A stretch of DNA of 64,000 nt from a virus (taxonomy: Duplodnaviria > Caudoviricetes): IMG/VR virus record IMGVR_UViG_3300020577_007013; one strand, given 5' to 3'. The translations under genes were made by a program, and so were the position numbers. Positions 20,335 to 30,001 of the stretch are shown here, piece after piece (position 1 is the stretch's first letter; each line of letters starts with the position of its first letter). A model generated the notes under the pieces. It did no database searches. It was not told where the DNA came from and was given only the letters and a program-made list of their open reading frames with translations.

Positions 20335-21403
20335 TTTCTTTTAATCCCCAAATTATTGACTCAAATTTATCTACATGATCTCTGAGTTCATAGTGTTGAA
20401 TTTTTTCAGCAAAATTATAATAAAGTTTGTGTAGATCTAAGTTATTTAGCTTCCAAAGAAGTTCATCACCATCTTTAATAATCTGGTCTTCTACAACGTA
20501 TTCCTCTATGTGATCTATTTTATCATAGACGAATACAGGAATTCTCGCCATTCTAGCTTCGAATAAACGAATTGAGATCAATCCGATCTCTTGTTGTCTT
20601 TTATTTGAACAATGAACAGTAGCTTTTGACATCGCCAACAATGGCAAGGTAGTCCAGTGTTCTGTTGATCCAAACCAAATATTGTTAGGAAAATTGTCAA
20701 GTGAAAAATCCCGATCATCGTATTTCTTTCTTAGCCAATTTCCAGCGACTGCAATGGATTTTCCAGCATCATGAGTAGGTTTGAGAAGTCTACAGAAGTC
20801 ATCCCTTCTTTCATACACATTTCCACAATATGAAAGATCAAACTTCTTAGAAGGAAGACTCCACTCATCAAAGATATCACACCAAGTCCACATAAAGAAG
20901 TGTTCTGAGTTAAACGTCCTAGGATCGATCTTATTATGATAAGCTCTTAGAAGATTAATGTGGCTACAATACTTATCTGGAATCTGTATACACCATCCTT
21001 CTCTGTCCTGGACAAAGACCTTCCTACCTTTACTTATGAAATAATCTATTAAAGTGACTTGAGTCTCGCATTCCTTTTCAAAATTGTATCCCTCTTTCGA
21101 GATAAAAGGTCTGAGCTCTATATAAAGAATACCATCTTCTTTCAAATCATCATCTGTAAATGTAGGTCCAATATCTTGGACTCTATGTCTGACTGACAAT
21201 CTATAATTGTCTTCTGTAAGATTAAAAGCTTTGACTAAATTGTTCTCAGTTCGATTTTTATATTCATACCCAAGCCACTTGACATTGCAACGTCTATTGA
21301 CGAGTTCGTTAAGGAATGGAATACGACTGTAAGATCCACCATCGACTCCTGAGTATAAGTTATCAAGGTGTCCTGCACCGAAATAATAGATTGTTTTTTT
21401 CAT
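20327..21403 (-). CDS. GT-B glycosyltransferase, T4 beta-glucosyltransferase-like (putative DNA glycosyltransferase)
   Basis: FDLSYCGNVYER and ISIRLFEA segments match the BGT/GT-B C-terminal domain pattern; coupled to the hydroxymethylase gene. Confidence 0.65.
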   Translation of the reverse strand: MKKTIYYFGAGHLDNLYSGVDGGSYSRIPFLNELVNRRCNVKWLGYEYKNRTENNLVKAFNLTEDNYRLSVRHRVQDIGPTFTDDDLKEDGILYIELRPFISKEGYNFEKECETQVTLIDYFISKGRKVFVQDREGWCIQIPDKYCSHINLLRAYHNKIDPRTFNSEHFFMWTWCDIFDEWSLPSKKFDLSYCGNVYERRDDFCRLLKPTHDAGKSIAVAGNWLRKKYDDRDFSLDNFPNNIWFGSTEHWTTLPLLAMSKATVHCSNKRQQEIGLISIRLFEARMARIPVFVYDKIDHIEEYVVEDQIIKDGDELLWKLNNLDLHKLYYNFAEKIQHYELRDHVDKFESIIWGLKEND

Positions 21404-22380
21404 TAATTGTATCCTTTATGAGTCTTTTCGAATAGATAACACATCATAGATCCATTATCTTCTAAAAGAAGACTTGTCATATATTGAGCCAATGGAACTG
21501 GGAGAAATTTGGAGAGTCTTTTATACTCTTTTGTCTCCCCTAATTTAGCATGATTTACAATTTTCTTTGTCCACCAAGGAAAAGACTCAAGTTTATTAAA
21601 AATAAACCTATAATCATAATGTTCAGAAAAATACATGTCAATTTCTTTCTCAGTATACTCAACTTTATGGTCATCTGGCCACACTAAGAATTCCCCTATC
21701 TCCTTTCTAGGATTAGGAGTGGTCATAAATAGTTCCCCTTTAAAATAGAGCAGATCCCAAAGATTCTGAATAAAATCCAATAAAGTAGTGTCTATGTGTT
21801 CAAAGACCTCAGCTAAGACAATAATATCGTAAAACTCTATGACAGAATATCTCCAAGGTTCTACTGTCTTAGGTCTAACTGAATTAGGAAGAGCATTATA
21901 GTTCGGACCCAAAGTTCTACTAAAACTGAATAGATCAGACTTAAGTACATTTCTCCCTTTTGACTGAGCTTCATCGACATAAGTTTGATTTCCATCAATT
22001 CCGATATAATTGACATTTATTGAATTCTCTTTTCCGAAAAATTTAAAGTTATGAATAAAATCTGATAAGAGTCCTAAACTACAACCAACATCTAGAAGCC
22101 TGATATGAGACTTTTTTGTTTTAAGACTATAGTTCTCTATCATTCTGCACACATTTAAGTGTCTCATTAAGAGTCCTATTGACCATGTAGAGTTCCAATC
22201 AAAATTGTCAATATTTTTTTGGAGATATTTAAAAGAGTTATCTTGAAGAAGATCAATTTCTTTTTTCTGTTCTGTGACAATTGCCTGATCTTCAGTTAAG
22301 GTTTTTTCCGAGACTCTCGACACGAACTGTTCAAAAGTCTTGTCCTCAAATTGAGGTTCTTTGTCTAGTAGTACAGCCAT
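21403..22380 (-). CDS. class I SAM-dependent methyltransferase
   Basis: LLDVGCSLG, YIGID, YDIIVLAEVFEHI, GELFMTTPN. Confidence 0.85.
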   Translation of the reverse strand: MAVLLDKEPQFEDKTFEQFVSRVSEKTLTEDQAIVTEQKKEIDLLQDNSFKYLQKNIDNFDWNSTWSIGLLMRHLNVCRMIENYSLKTKKSHIRLLDVGCSLGLLSDFIHNFKFFGKENSINVNYIGIDGNQTYVDEAQSKGRNVLKSDLFSFSRTLGPNYNALPNSVRPKTVEPWRYSVIEFYDIIVLAEVFEHIDTTLLDFIQNLWDLLYFKGELFMTTPNPRKEIGEFLVWPDDHKVEYTEKEIDMYFSEHYDYRFIFNKLESFPWWTKKIVNHAKLGETKEYKRLSKFLPVPLAQYMTSLLLEDNGSMMCYLFEKTHKGYN

Positions 22381-22381
22381 T

Positions 22382-23422
22382 TTATGCTTCCTTTATTAAC
22401 TCAGTCTTGTGATATCGAAAATATGAAGGATGATAATAAGCTGTGTGTTCGACTCCATTCTTTGATAATAATTCATGTGAAGGCTTTCCGAATGAGACAA
22501 TTCGCTTAGGTTTGAGTACATTTATTTGAGCTGTCAAAAGTCTTTCACAATATTGTATTTCATCACTCGTTGGTGGCCTGTCTTTCTCTGTACTAAACTT
22601 AACTATGTTCGTGAATGAGAACTGTTTATTGTTCAAACCGAATTCAGACTGTGCGAATTTAGAAAGAAACTTGTAGAAAGTAGATTTGAAATAACTTTTA
22701 TGATGCTCGAACTCGAAGTCCTTGTACTTCTGAAAAACTTTTGTGTGAACTGGAATGTCCTCCACCTGGTTTTCAGTTGGTCTTCCTGGATTTTGTCCTA
22801 CAAATAAGATTTCGTCTCCGTAAAAAAGACCCGGAAAAAAGATTCTTCCTTCAGTAGATTTATCTCGATAAATGTTTGTGTTCAGAACTTCAAGAACCTT
22901 GTGCCTATCAATGAAAGACATTATCATCTCAAGTTGAGCTTCAAGATCTTGAGAATCTGTATTAAGCATAAGTACCTTATTGTAGGATCGATTGATGATC
23001 TCAAGATACCTCTCTTCAGCTTGTTTCTTCAAATCGATGGGAGTCTCTTCGTCCTTATAATCTTTGATTTCTGTCTTATAGCAATAGACTATGACAGTAT
23101 CTCTCTTGAAGTATTCTAGATCAAATTGAAGACAAGTACTGAGAATGGATTTGGAAAGAAAATCCTCTTGTCTTTTCAGATAGCCATATACAAATTCACT
23201 CATATAGTCACGATCAAAAATAATGTCCTTAATGAATCGTTGATCATAGTATTGAAAAAATTTCGGTATACAATATCTGAAAGAGTCTTCGAAGTTGAAA
23301 TTTTTGATCAATGAAAGATTCGATTTGTCATTTGTCATGAGAGGCATGAACATTTTTTTAGACAAAGCTTTAGCGATAGTTGATTTACCGCAGTTGTCGA
23401 ATCCTTCAAAGATAATGATCAC
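22382..23422 (-). CDS. dNMP (thymidylate-type) kinase fused to a family-4-like uracil-DNA glycosylase domain
   Basis: IIFEGFDNCGKST and DRDYMSEFVYG kinase motifs; LFVGQNPG, TNIVK, KPKRIVSFG, YHPSY UDG motifs. Confidence 0.85.
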   Translation of the reverse strand: MIIIFEGFDNCGKSTIAKALSKKMFMPLMTNDKSNLSLIKNFNFEDSFRYCIPKFFQYYDQRFIKDIIFDRDYMSEFVYGYLKRQEDFLSKSILSTCLQFDLEYFKRDTVIVYCYKTEIKDYKDEETPIDLKKQAEERYLEIINRSYNKVLMLNTDSQDLEAQLEMIMSFIDRHKVLEVLNTNIYRDKSTEGRIFFPGLFYGDEILFVGQNPGRPTENQVEDIPVHTKVFQKYKDFEFEHHKSYFKSTFYKFLSKFAQSEFGLNNKQFSFTNIVKFSTEKDRPPTSDEIQYCERLLTAQINVLKPKRIVSFGKPSHELLSKNGVEHTAYYHPSYFRYHKTELIKEA

Positions 23423-23425
23423 TTC

Positions 23426-23584
23426 TTAATGCACCAAGCTTTTGAGTTTTTCTTCACCATATTTGAATGCTTGAGTAGCCATTATGAGTCTCATTCCTTC
23501 TTCACACTTTTCTCTAGAAGAGAACTCTTGAGAACGTGAATCAAAGCCATGTGTACCTGCAAGTATCCAAAATAAGATCCACAT
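23426..23584 (-). CDS. small hypothetical protein (52 aa)
   Basis: MWILFWILAG...LKSLVH fills the gap between dUTPase and kinase; below the ORF-track cutoff. Confidence 0.5.
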   Translation of the reverse strand: MWILFWILAGTHGFDSRSQEFSSREKCEEGMRLIMATQAFKYGEEKLKSLVH

Positions 23585-23587
23585 AAA

Positions 23588-24034
23588 TTATGATCCTGTA
23601 CTTCCGAAGCCACCGGTAGATCTTTCAGTATTAATTGAGATATTTTCTACCATTTTCGGTGTGCCATCCCAAATCGGTACAACAATACCTTGACAAACTT
23701 TTTCTCCACTATGAAAGAAGGCCGTTTCAGTCTTCGACGTATTGTGTAGATGAGCGTGCACAATTCCTCTATAGTCAGCGTCAATTACACAAGCAAGTAT
23801 TTCAAGCTTCTTTTTGGTTGCTAATCCACTTTTTTCTTTCATAATAAGAGCATACCCTTTAGGAAATTCAGTCTTAATTCCTAAAGGTATCAATGCGTCT
23901 TCTCCTGGATTAATGTGAAAATCTGTAGGCGTATAGAAATCGAGTCCAGCAGAATCTCCTGTTCCTCTAGTCGGCATTTTCGCATACTTGTCTACAAGTT
24001 CGATATTCAGATAAAAATCTTCAAACATTGTCAT
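23588..24034 (-). CDS. dut: trimeric dUTPase
   Basis: AGLDF, KSGLA, VIDADYRG, RSTGGFGSTG. Confidence 0.93.
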   Translation of the reverse strand: MTMFEDFYLNIELVDKYAKMPTRGTGDSAGLDFYTPTDFHINPGEDALIPLGIKTEFPKGYALIMKEKSGLATKKKLEILACVIDADYRGIVHAHLHNTSKTETAFFHSGEKVCQGIVVPIWDGTPKMVENISINTERSTGGFGSTGS

Positions 24035-24054
24035 GTCTCCTAATCTTTGATAAC

Positions 24055-24067
24055 CTATCTATATTAG
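24055..24067 (-). promoter_or_regulatory. promoter-like motif CTAATATAGATAG upstream of the dUTPase/modification operon
   Basis: identical to 9544-9556; about 20 nt upstream of ATG with SD AGGAG. Confidence 0.55.
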
Positions 24068-24455
24068 GGAGATCTCTATCACGAAGAAAAAGTCGACCAC
24101 TTAAGTTTCTCTCTCTAATTTAAAAGCCTCAAAGTCTTAAGAGCCCCTTACTCGGCTGAAGGAGATCGGAAAGGAGATTGATTCAAAGTAATTTAAGTAT
24201 TCCTATGAAATTTATTCAATCTACTTAAAAAGTTGATTCAGCATACTTAAGTTGTTGTAAGTATTTCAACCGGAGATTTTCAGTGATTTGGAATTTGTAG
24301 GTTATTTGGTAAATTTCAGTTAACCGGAAAATTTTAAAGTTGTTTTTAAAGAGCCGGTTGACTTAAATTTAAGTAAACTCCCAATTAGGTTTATATTAGA
24401 CTTTTGGAAAACCATGGGAAAAAGCTCTGTTCACAGTCAAAAAGAAATAGCGGTT
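24068..24455. other. long intergenic region with repeated ACTTAA/TTAAGT and CCGG motifs (candidate origin or ncRNA)
   Basis: no ORF of 60 aa or more; perfect palindrome ACTTAAATTTAAGT at 24361-24374. Confidence 0.3.
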
Positions 24456-25070
24456 TTATCCCGCTACCTCTTTCGCTTGTTCAATTGATTGGGCAGTAAC
24501 TGGATTTGCATCTTGAGGATGTTCAGCTACTGTCTCTTCAATAGGCTTCGGTCTATCTGTAAAAGTGAAAAATTTATCTGTCATTGGCTTCATCTCTTCA
24601 GTTACCCTCACATCATCTGATTCTTGAAATTGAGCAAGATCTTCATACGACTTAAAATTCTTCCAATAATAGAGAGCTCTAAGTACACAATATAGATGTT
24701 CTGAAATTTGAGAGTCTGTCAGAGAAGGATTGACTGTTTTGAACTCATTGAGAATTTCTGTTTTATTGCAAATGACATCTTTATTTTCTTTTGCTAAATA
24801 GGCAATTGCCATTCTACGAAGTAGTCTGACATTAATATACTTTTGATAGTGTTGAACGAAATGTGGGAATGCACCCATATAAGCTGTGTCAGTTTCTTTC
24901 TCAAGTTTCTCAGAGATCTCCTCATCGGTAGCTTCGAAGAAATGTTTTATATAGAAGCTTGCATCTGTCAAGCCTCTCCTAATTTGGTCTTCTTCAACTC
25001 GTTTTTTCATAACGGCTTTATAATTTTGTTTGTTGGGAGCCAATCTCTTGGCAAATTTTTGTTTCTTCAT
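24456..25070 (-). CDS. hypothetical protein
   Basis: 204-aa ORF. Confidence 0.6.
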   Translation of the reverse strand: MKKQKFAKRLAPNKQNYKAVMKKRVEEDQIRRGLTDASFYIKHFFEATDEEISEKLEKETDTAYMGAFPHFVQHYQKYINVRLLRRMAIAYLAKENKDVICNKTEILNEFKTVNPSLTDSQISEHLYCVLRALYYWKNFKSYEDLAQFQESDDVRVTEEMKPMTDKFFTFTDRPKPIEETVAEHPQDANPVTAQSIEQAKEVAG

Positions 25071-25099
25071 TATCTATATGATAATAGAAACTTTTGAAA

Positions 25100-25492
25100 T
25101 TACGTTTTTAATTTGGAAGACAGTGACTGTTTACAAAGCTCTAGAAGCATTTGTTTTTCATCTTCATTATAAAGAAACTTTTTGATTGAATCAATTCTAT
25201 TAGGGCTTTTATCGAGAGCTCCTTCCATGATCTCTTTGATGACGGAATACAGATCTATTTTTGAGTCCTTTAACTTGTCAGAAAATAACATTTCAAGTTG
25301 CTTTTTTATAAGTTCAACCTCTAATTTGAATTTTGCATTAAGATTATCGAGAGTAGGAGCTGACTGAGCTTTTTGATTTATCTTACTCTGTAGATTCCTA
25401 TCAATCGCTTTCTCGTTAAAGCTCTTCTTCGATTTATAATAGTCTTTACTTTTCTTAGGAAGCTTGCCTTGCAGAAATCGACCATCAAACAT
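25100..25492 (-). CDS. hypothetical protein
   Basis: 130-aa ORF with ACTAA 7 nt upstream on the minus strand. Confidence 0.6.
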   Translation of the reverse strand: MFDGRFLQGKLPKKSKDYYKSKKSFNEKAIDRNLQSKINQKAQSAPTLDNLNAKFKLEVELIKKQLEMLFSDKLKDSKIDLYSVIKEIMEGALDKSPNRIDSIKKFLYNEDEKQMLLELCKQSLSSKLKT

Positions 25493-25499
25493 ATATCTG

Positions 25500-25522
25500 T
25501 TAGTAGTGAATTTTTTAACTAA
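25500..25522. promoter_or_regulatory. back-to-back ACTAA late-promoter-like motifs at the strand switch
   Basis: minus-strand ACTAA at 25500-25504 and plus-strand ACTAA at 25518-25522, 7 and 6 nt from divergent ATGs. Confidence 0.55.
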
Positions 25523-25528
25523 TTGCTA

Positions 25529-27274
25529 ATGGCTCAATTTTCGACAACATTAGAAGGCCAAGTCGCATTTTTCAATGCTCTCAATAAAATGCTTACCGAA
25601 GGGACTCAATATCCTTTCGAATCGAAATACCGGTCACTTCCAAATATTACAGCTTCATCAATTTGGAAAGACACAGTCCCATACGCAGTCGACTCGACCG
25701 CTGCTGATGCATTTGTCACCGGTAACCCTACAATTGGTCATAAATATACTCTTAAGACTCTAACAGCTATTCCTGGATCGAACAACCAAGCTTGGTATAT
25801 AAATGATGCTGGAACTTTTATTAAAGGATGGATAAGCCCTTCTGATATTCCAGATCCTGTCACCAATGATCCTTCATTTGGATATCAAGCCAGTCTCTAT
25901 ACATCTTCAAATACTTTAATAGCTCCGACTCAAGGAAGATGGAATATCTTCTATGCACAGGGAATTGTTCTCTTTGAATCTGGATTTACTCCTATGGATA
26001 TGGGATGGGGTACTCCTAAAATTACATGTTACAATTACATCGGAGGAGTTGGAGGAGTCACAGGAGCTTCCAATGTCGGTACAGGTACAGGTCAAGTCTT
26101 CAAGACAAATAATGCAGGAATTCTCGAATTAAGAAAAATTCTTCAAGGCACAAACGTCACAGTCACACAAGTCGGTGATGATATTCGTATCGATGCTACA
26201 GCTTCAGGATCTACTGAATACTTTTTTTATCCGTCCGCTGCATTGGAAGTGGGAAATGTCTATAAGAGTTGGCCTAATATGCTTGCTGCAATAGCTGCTC
26301 TTCCCGATGGAGCTATTCCTAAAATTATTTTTAGAGAAAATTTTACCATACCTACTTTAGGAATGCCTGTAGGTGGATGGGATATAAGACTGGGAAGTTG
26401 GGAATCCATTATCATAGCTACTGGAGCAATCACCATTACAATTCCAGACGGAGTCATCATAAAGAATTTATTAGAAGTCGGAAATGGACTTCTAGTAGAT
26501 TGTCAACCCACGACAGCTGATGGAATGTTCGTCAATACTCTTTTAGGTGGACTGACGATAATTATCGAAGCTCTCGGAGCTAAAATAGCAAACACAGGAA
26601 CAAAGGCTCTTGTCAATGCTAGTGCTCAAGTTGTATGGGTAAGAAATAACTCTACGAATAATGTTCCCCCTAGCTCAACCGGTCCATTAGTCAAAATGAA
26701 TACTGCTGACATGATATTAGCAATTCAATTTGGAGAAAGTCCTAATACAATTTGGGAAAATGACTGGGCCATAGGTGGAATTGCAGGATCTGGAATTATT
26801 TATGTTCATGGAGTTCATTTTGAACTTCCTATACTTACTTCTTGGGGTGGTAACCCTCCTTTCGAGCTCAATGAAAGTAAAGCAAAAAATTTAATTTATG
26901 ATGACACACTTCAGTCTCCTTCATCAGGGTCTTCCACGACTCAAGGAGTGATTGACTGGTTGAAGACTCAAATTGGAGGAGCAGGTGGAACATCTAATAC
27001 CTCTATTAAAACAGCCAACTATACTGCAGTCAGTCTAAATAGAGTTTTAGTCAACACTACTGGTGGATCTTTCAATGTGACTCTTCCAATAACTCCGACA
27101 GCAAATAGCTTAATTGACATTGTCGATGTCGGAGGAGTCTGTTCCACAAATCCAGTCACAGTCTTACGAAATGGAGAAAATATAAATGGACTTGCTTCTG
27201 ATCTAATTTTCGATGTCAATGGAGGAAAAATAACACTCGTTTACATCACTTCTTATGGGTGGAAAATAGTATGA
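25529..27274 (+). CDS. virion fibre/baseplate-associated protein
   Basis: Gly/Thr-rich; fibre repeat ASNVGTGTGQVFK...LELRKI; C-terminal NTTGGSFNVTLP...GWKIV domain typical of myovirus fibre proteins. Confidence 0.65.
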   Translation: MAQFSTTLEGQVAFFNALNKMLTEGTQYPFESKYRSLPNITASSIWKDTVPYAVDSTAADAFVTGNPTIGHKYTLKTLTAIPGSNNQAWYINDAGTFIKGWISPSDIPDPVTNDPSFGYQASLYTSSNTLIAPTQGRWNIFYAQGIVLFESGFTPMDMGWGTPKITCYNYIGGVGGVTGASNVGTGTGQVFKTNNAGILELRKILQGTNVTVTQVGDDIRIDATASGSTEYFFYPSAALEVGNVYKSWPNMLAAIAALPDGAIPKIIFRENFTIPTLGMPVGGWDIRLGSWESIIIATGAITITIPDGVIIKNLLEVGNGLLVDCQPTTADGMFVNTLLGGLTIIIEALGAKIANTGTKALVNASAQVVWVRNNSTNNVPPSSTGPLVKMNTADMILAIQFGESPNTIWENDWAIGGIAGSGIIYVHGVHFELPILTSWGGNPPFELNESKAKNLIYDDTLQSPSSGSSTTQGVIDWLKTQIGGAGGTSNTSIKTANYTAVSLNRVLVNTTGGSFNVTLPITPTANSLIDIVDVGGVCSTNPVTVLRNGENINGLASDLIFDVNGGKITLVYITSYGWKIV

Positions 27275-29403
27275 GTCAACTTTTAAGTGATATAAACTCT
27301 AGACCCTTAACAAATCTCAAAGTTACAGGACTCACTTCTACTGTTACTGGAAGTTTTTCAGTAGCATCCAATGTCATCTCGACACTTCCGATTGGACATG
27401 GAATTTTAATCCATGACAGAGTCAGTTATTCTGTAGTGACTTCAGCAGTTCTCACAGAGAATGGATTAGTAGCAATTTCAGATGCTACTGGACTTGAGTC
27501 AGGAACAGGAATTCTTATTGTAGACCAGACTCTAAGTAATTTTTTGACTATAGGAGCCGTTCAGTCAGCTTTTCCAACTGGGACTTTAATCTCCTTTCAA
27601 TCAGGAATACTTAATGGAGCAACGGTTCAGATAAAGACTTCAGCACTTCTAGGAGGACTGACAGCTGTAGATGGAGCGACAGTTGGAAGTCCAGGATATT
27701 GGGTAATAGCAATAGATCTCTTGACAGCTACAGGATTTCCTGTAATAGCTTCTTATCCTTCATCTACGGTTATATCTCCTAGTATAAGCATCTATGTAGG
27801 AGTTAATGGATCAACCCCTTATAATGACCTCACTGTGACTTCCACAACATCGACATCAGTCACTGTAGCTGAAAATGTTCCTAATTCATCTTTTACAAAT
27901 CTCACTTTCAAAAAACATTCTAGAATTGTTGATAGTCTAGTCGTTGATGAAGCTGATTTTACAACCCTTAGAGTTCAAGGTTCACCTATCGTAAAAGGAC
28001 TTAGAGTACCATATTCACAATCAATAACAGATCTGACCACTATCTTCTACGGATATGACACTTCAAATAATATTATTTCAGGTGACTCAGCTCTTAGTGG
28101 AGAGGTGGCTGCAAGTGATTCATTCTTTACGTCAAAAACAATTTACAATGTAGAGTCTCATCCATTATATCCTAATATCGGAGTCATGTGCTATTTTAAC
28201 TCAGGAGATAGTAAGAATTATATTGTAACATTTACCTACGAATACAACGTCGGCTATACCTTCAACACACCTTTTGAAATAGTCGGATCTGACACAACCC
28301 TCCCTTCAGATATCTACATGTTATTCTCAACATCATGGACAGCAGCAAATGAGCTTCTCTCAGCCCACTTAGTAGTTGTTGGTGGAAAATCAAGTCCAGG
28401 TACTTCAGTCTACATGGGTGCCTACTCAATAGATAATTTAGGAAATATTACTCAAGACATTGCTTGGGGAAATACCGGATCTGTAATCGGAGCAGGAACT
28501 TTTTCAGGATTTGTAAAAGCACAAGACCTCAAAGAAATAAATTCCTCTGCAAATTCATACAGATTCGTCATTGTCTATGATACTGACAAGTACGCAATGT
28601 TCATCATTATAAATAATGTTCTCAACTTTGTTGATAGCGGAGTAGACGCAGATATGACTGACATCACAAATGACTTATTAGGAGGTCAGACATCATCATT
28701 TCTTGCAATAAAGTATTCTTCCTCTAAGAGAAGAAATGATGTCGGTCCGACGACAATTCCTACTAATGCTTATGCGACTATAAAGAAATTCTTTACAGGA
28801 ACCGACAGAGCAAAAATAAGCCTATATCATTTGGATCGTTATACTGGATTCGGAAAATCTGAGTTTGACTATACAAATGTCTCTGGAGATTTTACCCCTG
28901 TTCTCAATAAAAATTATTTTGTATGGCCTAATAATTTTCAGAATGCAGAAGATAAAGATCAGAATATAGTCTTTGAATTAGACAACTGCATTGTCTTTTA
29001 TAAAAGTTTTGGATATGTAATCACTCTCGATAAAGCGACTGGACATTTGGTCTCTCTTAATAGAGAAGGAAGTAATACTTTTACAAAGACTCTCCATTAT
29101 AGAACATCTTGTTTGATAAATTCAAATGTCCTTCTCTTAGACGTCGGAGGAACAACAGTCGCCAATAGAGTCTTGAATCACGGTCCTTATTTAGCAGTAT
29201 CTAAAAACACTCTAGGTGAAGCCATAATTCCTAAATCAGGAGACTATATTCAGACCTCTTATAACCTTCAAAAAGGGAAAGAATACAGTCTTTGTCTTGG
29301 TTTCAATGGGTCAATCTCAGAAATGAAAATAACTCCGAAACAAGATTTCTCGTTGAAAAAGCTCGGAATAGCTGTGGACACGAATAAATTTTATGTGTAT
29401 TAA
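27271..29403 (+). CDS. putative virion structural/receptor-binding protein
   Basis: S/T/G-rich beta protein coupled to the previous gene by an ATGA overlap. Confidence 0.55.
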   Translation: MSQLLSDINSRPLTNLKVTGLTSTVTGSFSVASNVISTLPIGHGILIHDRVSYSVVTSAVLTENGLVAISDATGLESGTGILIVDQTLSNFLTIGAVQSAFPTGTLISFQSGILNGATVQIKTSALLGGLTAVDGATVGSPGYWVIAIDLLTATGFPVIASYPSSTVISPSISIYVGVNGSTPYNDLTVTSTTSTSVTVAENVPNSSFTNLTFKKHSRIVDSLVVDEADFTTLRVQGSPIVKGLRVPYSQSITDLTTIFYGYDTSNNIISGDSALSGEVAASDSFFTSKTIYNVESHPLYPNIGVMCYFNSGDSKNYIVTFTYEYNVGYTFNTPFEIVGSDTTLPSDIYMLFSTSWTAANELLSAHLVVVGGKSSPGTSVYMGAYSIDNLGNITQDIAWGNTGSVIGAGTFSGFVKAQDLKEINSSANSYRFVIVYDTDKYAMFIIINNVLNFVDSGVDADMTDITNDLLGGQTSSFLAIKYSSSKRRNDVGPTTIPTNAYATIKKFFTGTDRAKISLYHLDRYTGFGKSEFDYTNVSGDFTPVLNKNYFVWPNNFQNAEDKDQNIVFELDNCIVFYKSFGYVITLDKATGHLVSLNREGSNTFTKTLHYRTSCLINSNVLLLDVGGTTVANRVLNHGPYLAVSKNTLGEAIIPKSGDYIQTSYNLQKGKEYSLCLGFNGSISEMKITPKQDFSLKKLGIAVDTNKFYVY

Positions 29404-29439
29404 TCGATCAATTGAGAAACTGAGACACTAACTACTACG

Positions 29440-30000
29440 ATGGAAACATTCTCTTCACTTTTAAAGTTTGCGTCAGATAAACCATTCGCTTTCAGCTCGA
29501 TTCTTCTCATAATTTTGGGATTCATTTTTCTCTTCTTGAAGACTTTTAGAGTCTCCTTTAAAAAAGGACCTATACCGAATATCGAGTCGAGATCTAGTCT
29601 TGAGTCCAATAAACAACTTGTAGAAGCTCATTCAAAAATAAAAGAACTTGAGGATAAACTCTTACATTCACATGTTCCAGATTTTATTAAAAAGACCGAT
29701 AACGGTGAGTACATCGGTTTCATGATTGCTCCTAAACCATATATTACAGTATGGGTCGACGGAAACTGGAGTAGTGAAGAACATTTTCAAATCTTTGATC
29801 GCTTCGAAAGATTATGGGATGATGAACAAGACATTTATCTTGTAGGAAAAAGTCCAAATCTCCCATCTGATCTTTATCATATTATTGAGAAAAAAGCTAA
29901 GTCACTCCCTAAACTTTCTATTCATTGCTCTCACCAATTAGGAGAATTTTTTACTAGATATTTCTCCGATTTCAAAAATGTCGAAGTCCTCATGAGGTAA
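29440..30000 (+). CDS. membrane-anchored protein with possible STAS-like C-terminal domain
   Basis: one TM helix; C-terminal beta-alpha repeat pattern; ACTAA upstream. Confidence 0.45.
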   Translation: METFSSLLKFASDKPFAFSSILLIILGFIFLFLKTFRVSFKKGPIPNIESRSSLESNKQLVEAHSKIKELEDKLLHSHVPDFIKKTDNGEYIGFMIAPKPYITVWVDGNWSSEEHFQIFDRFERLWDDEQDIYLVGKSPNLPSDLYHIIEKKAKSLPKLSIHCSHQLGEFFTRYFSDFKNVEVLMR

Positions 30001-30001
30001 A

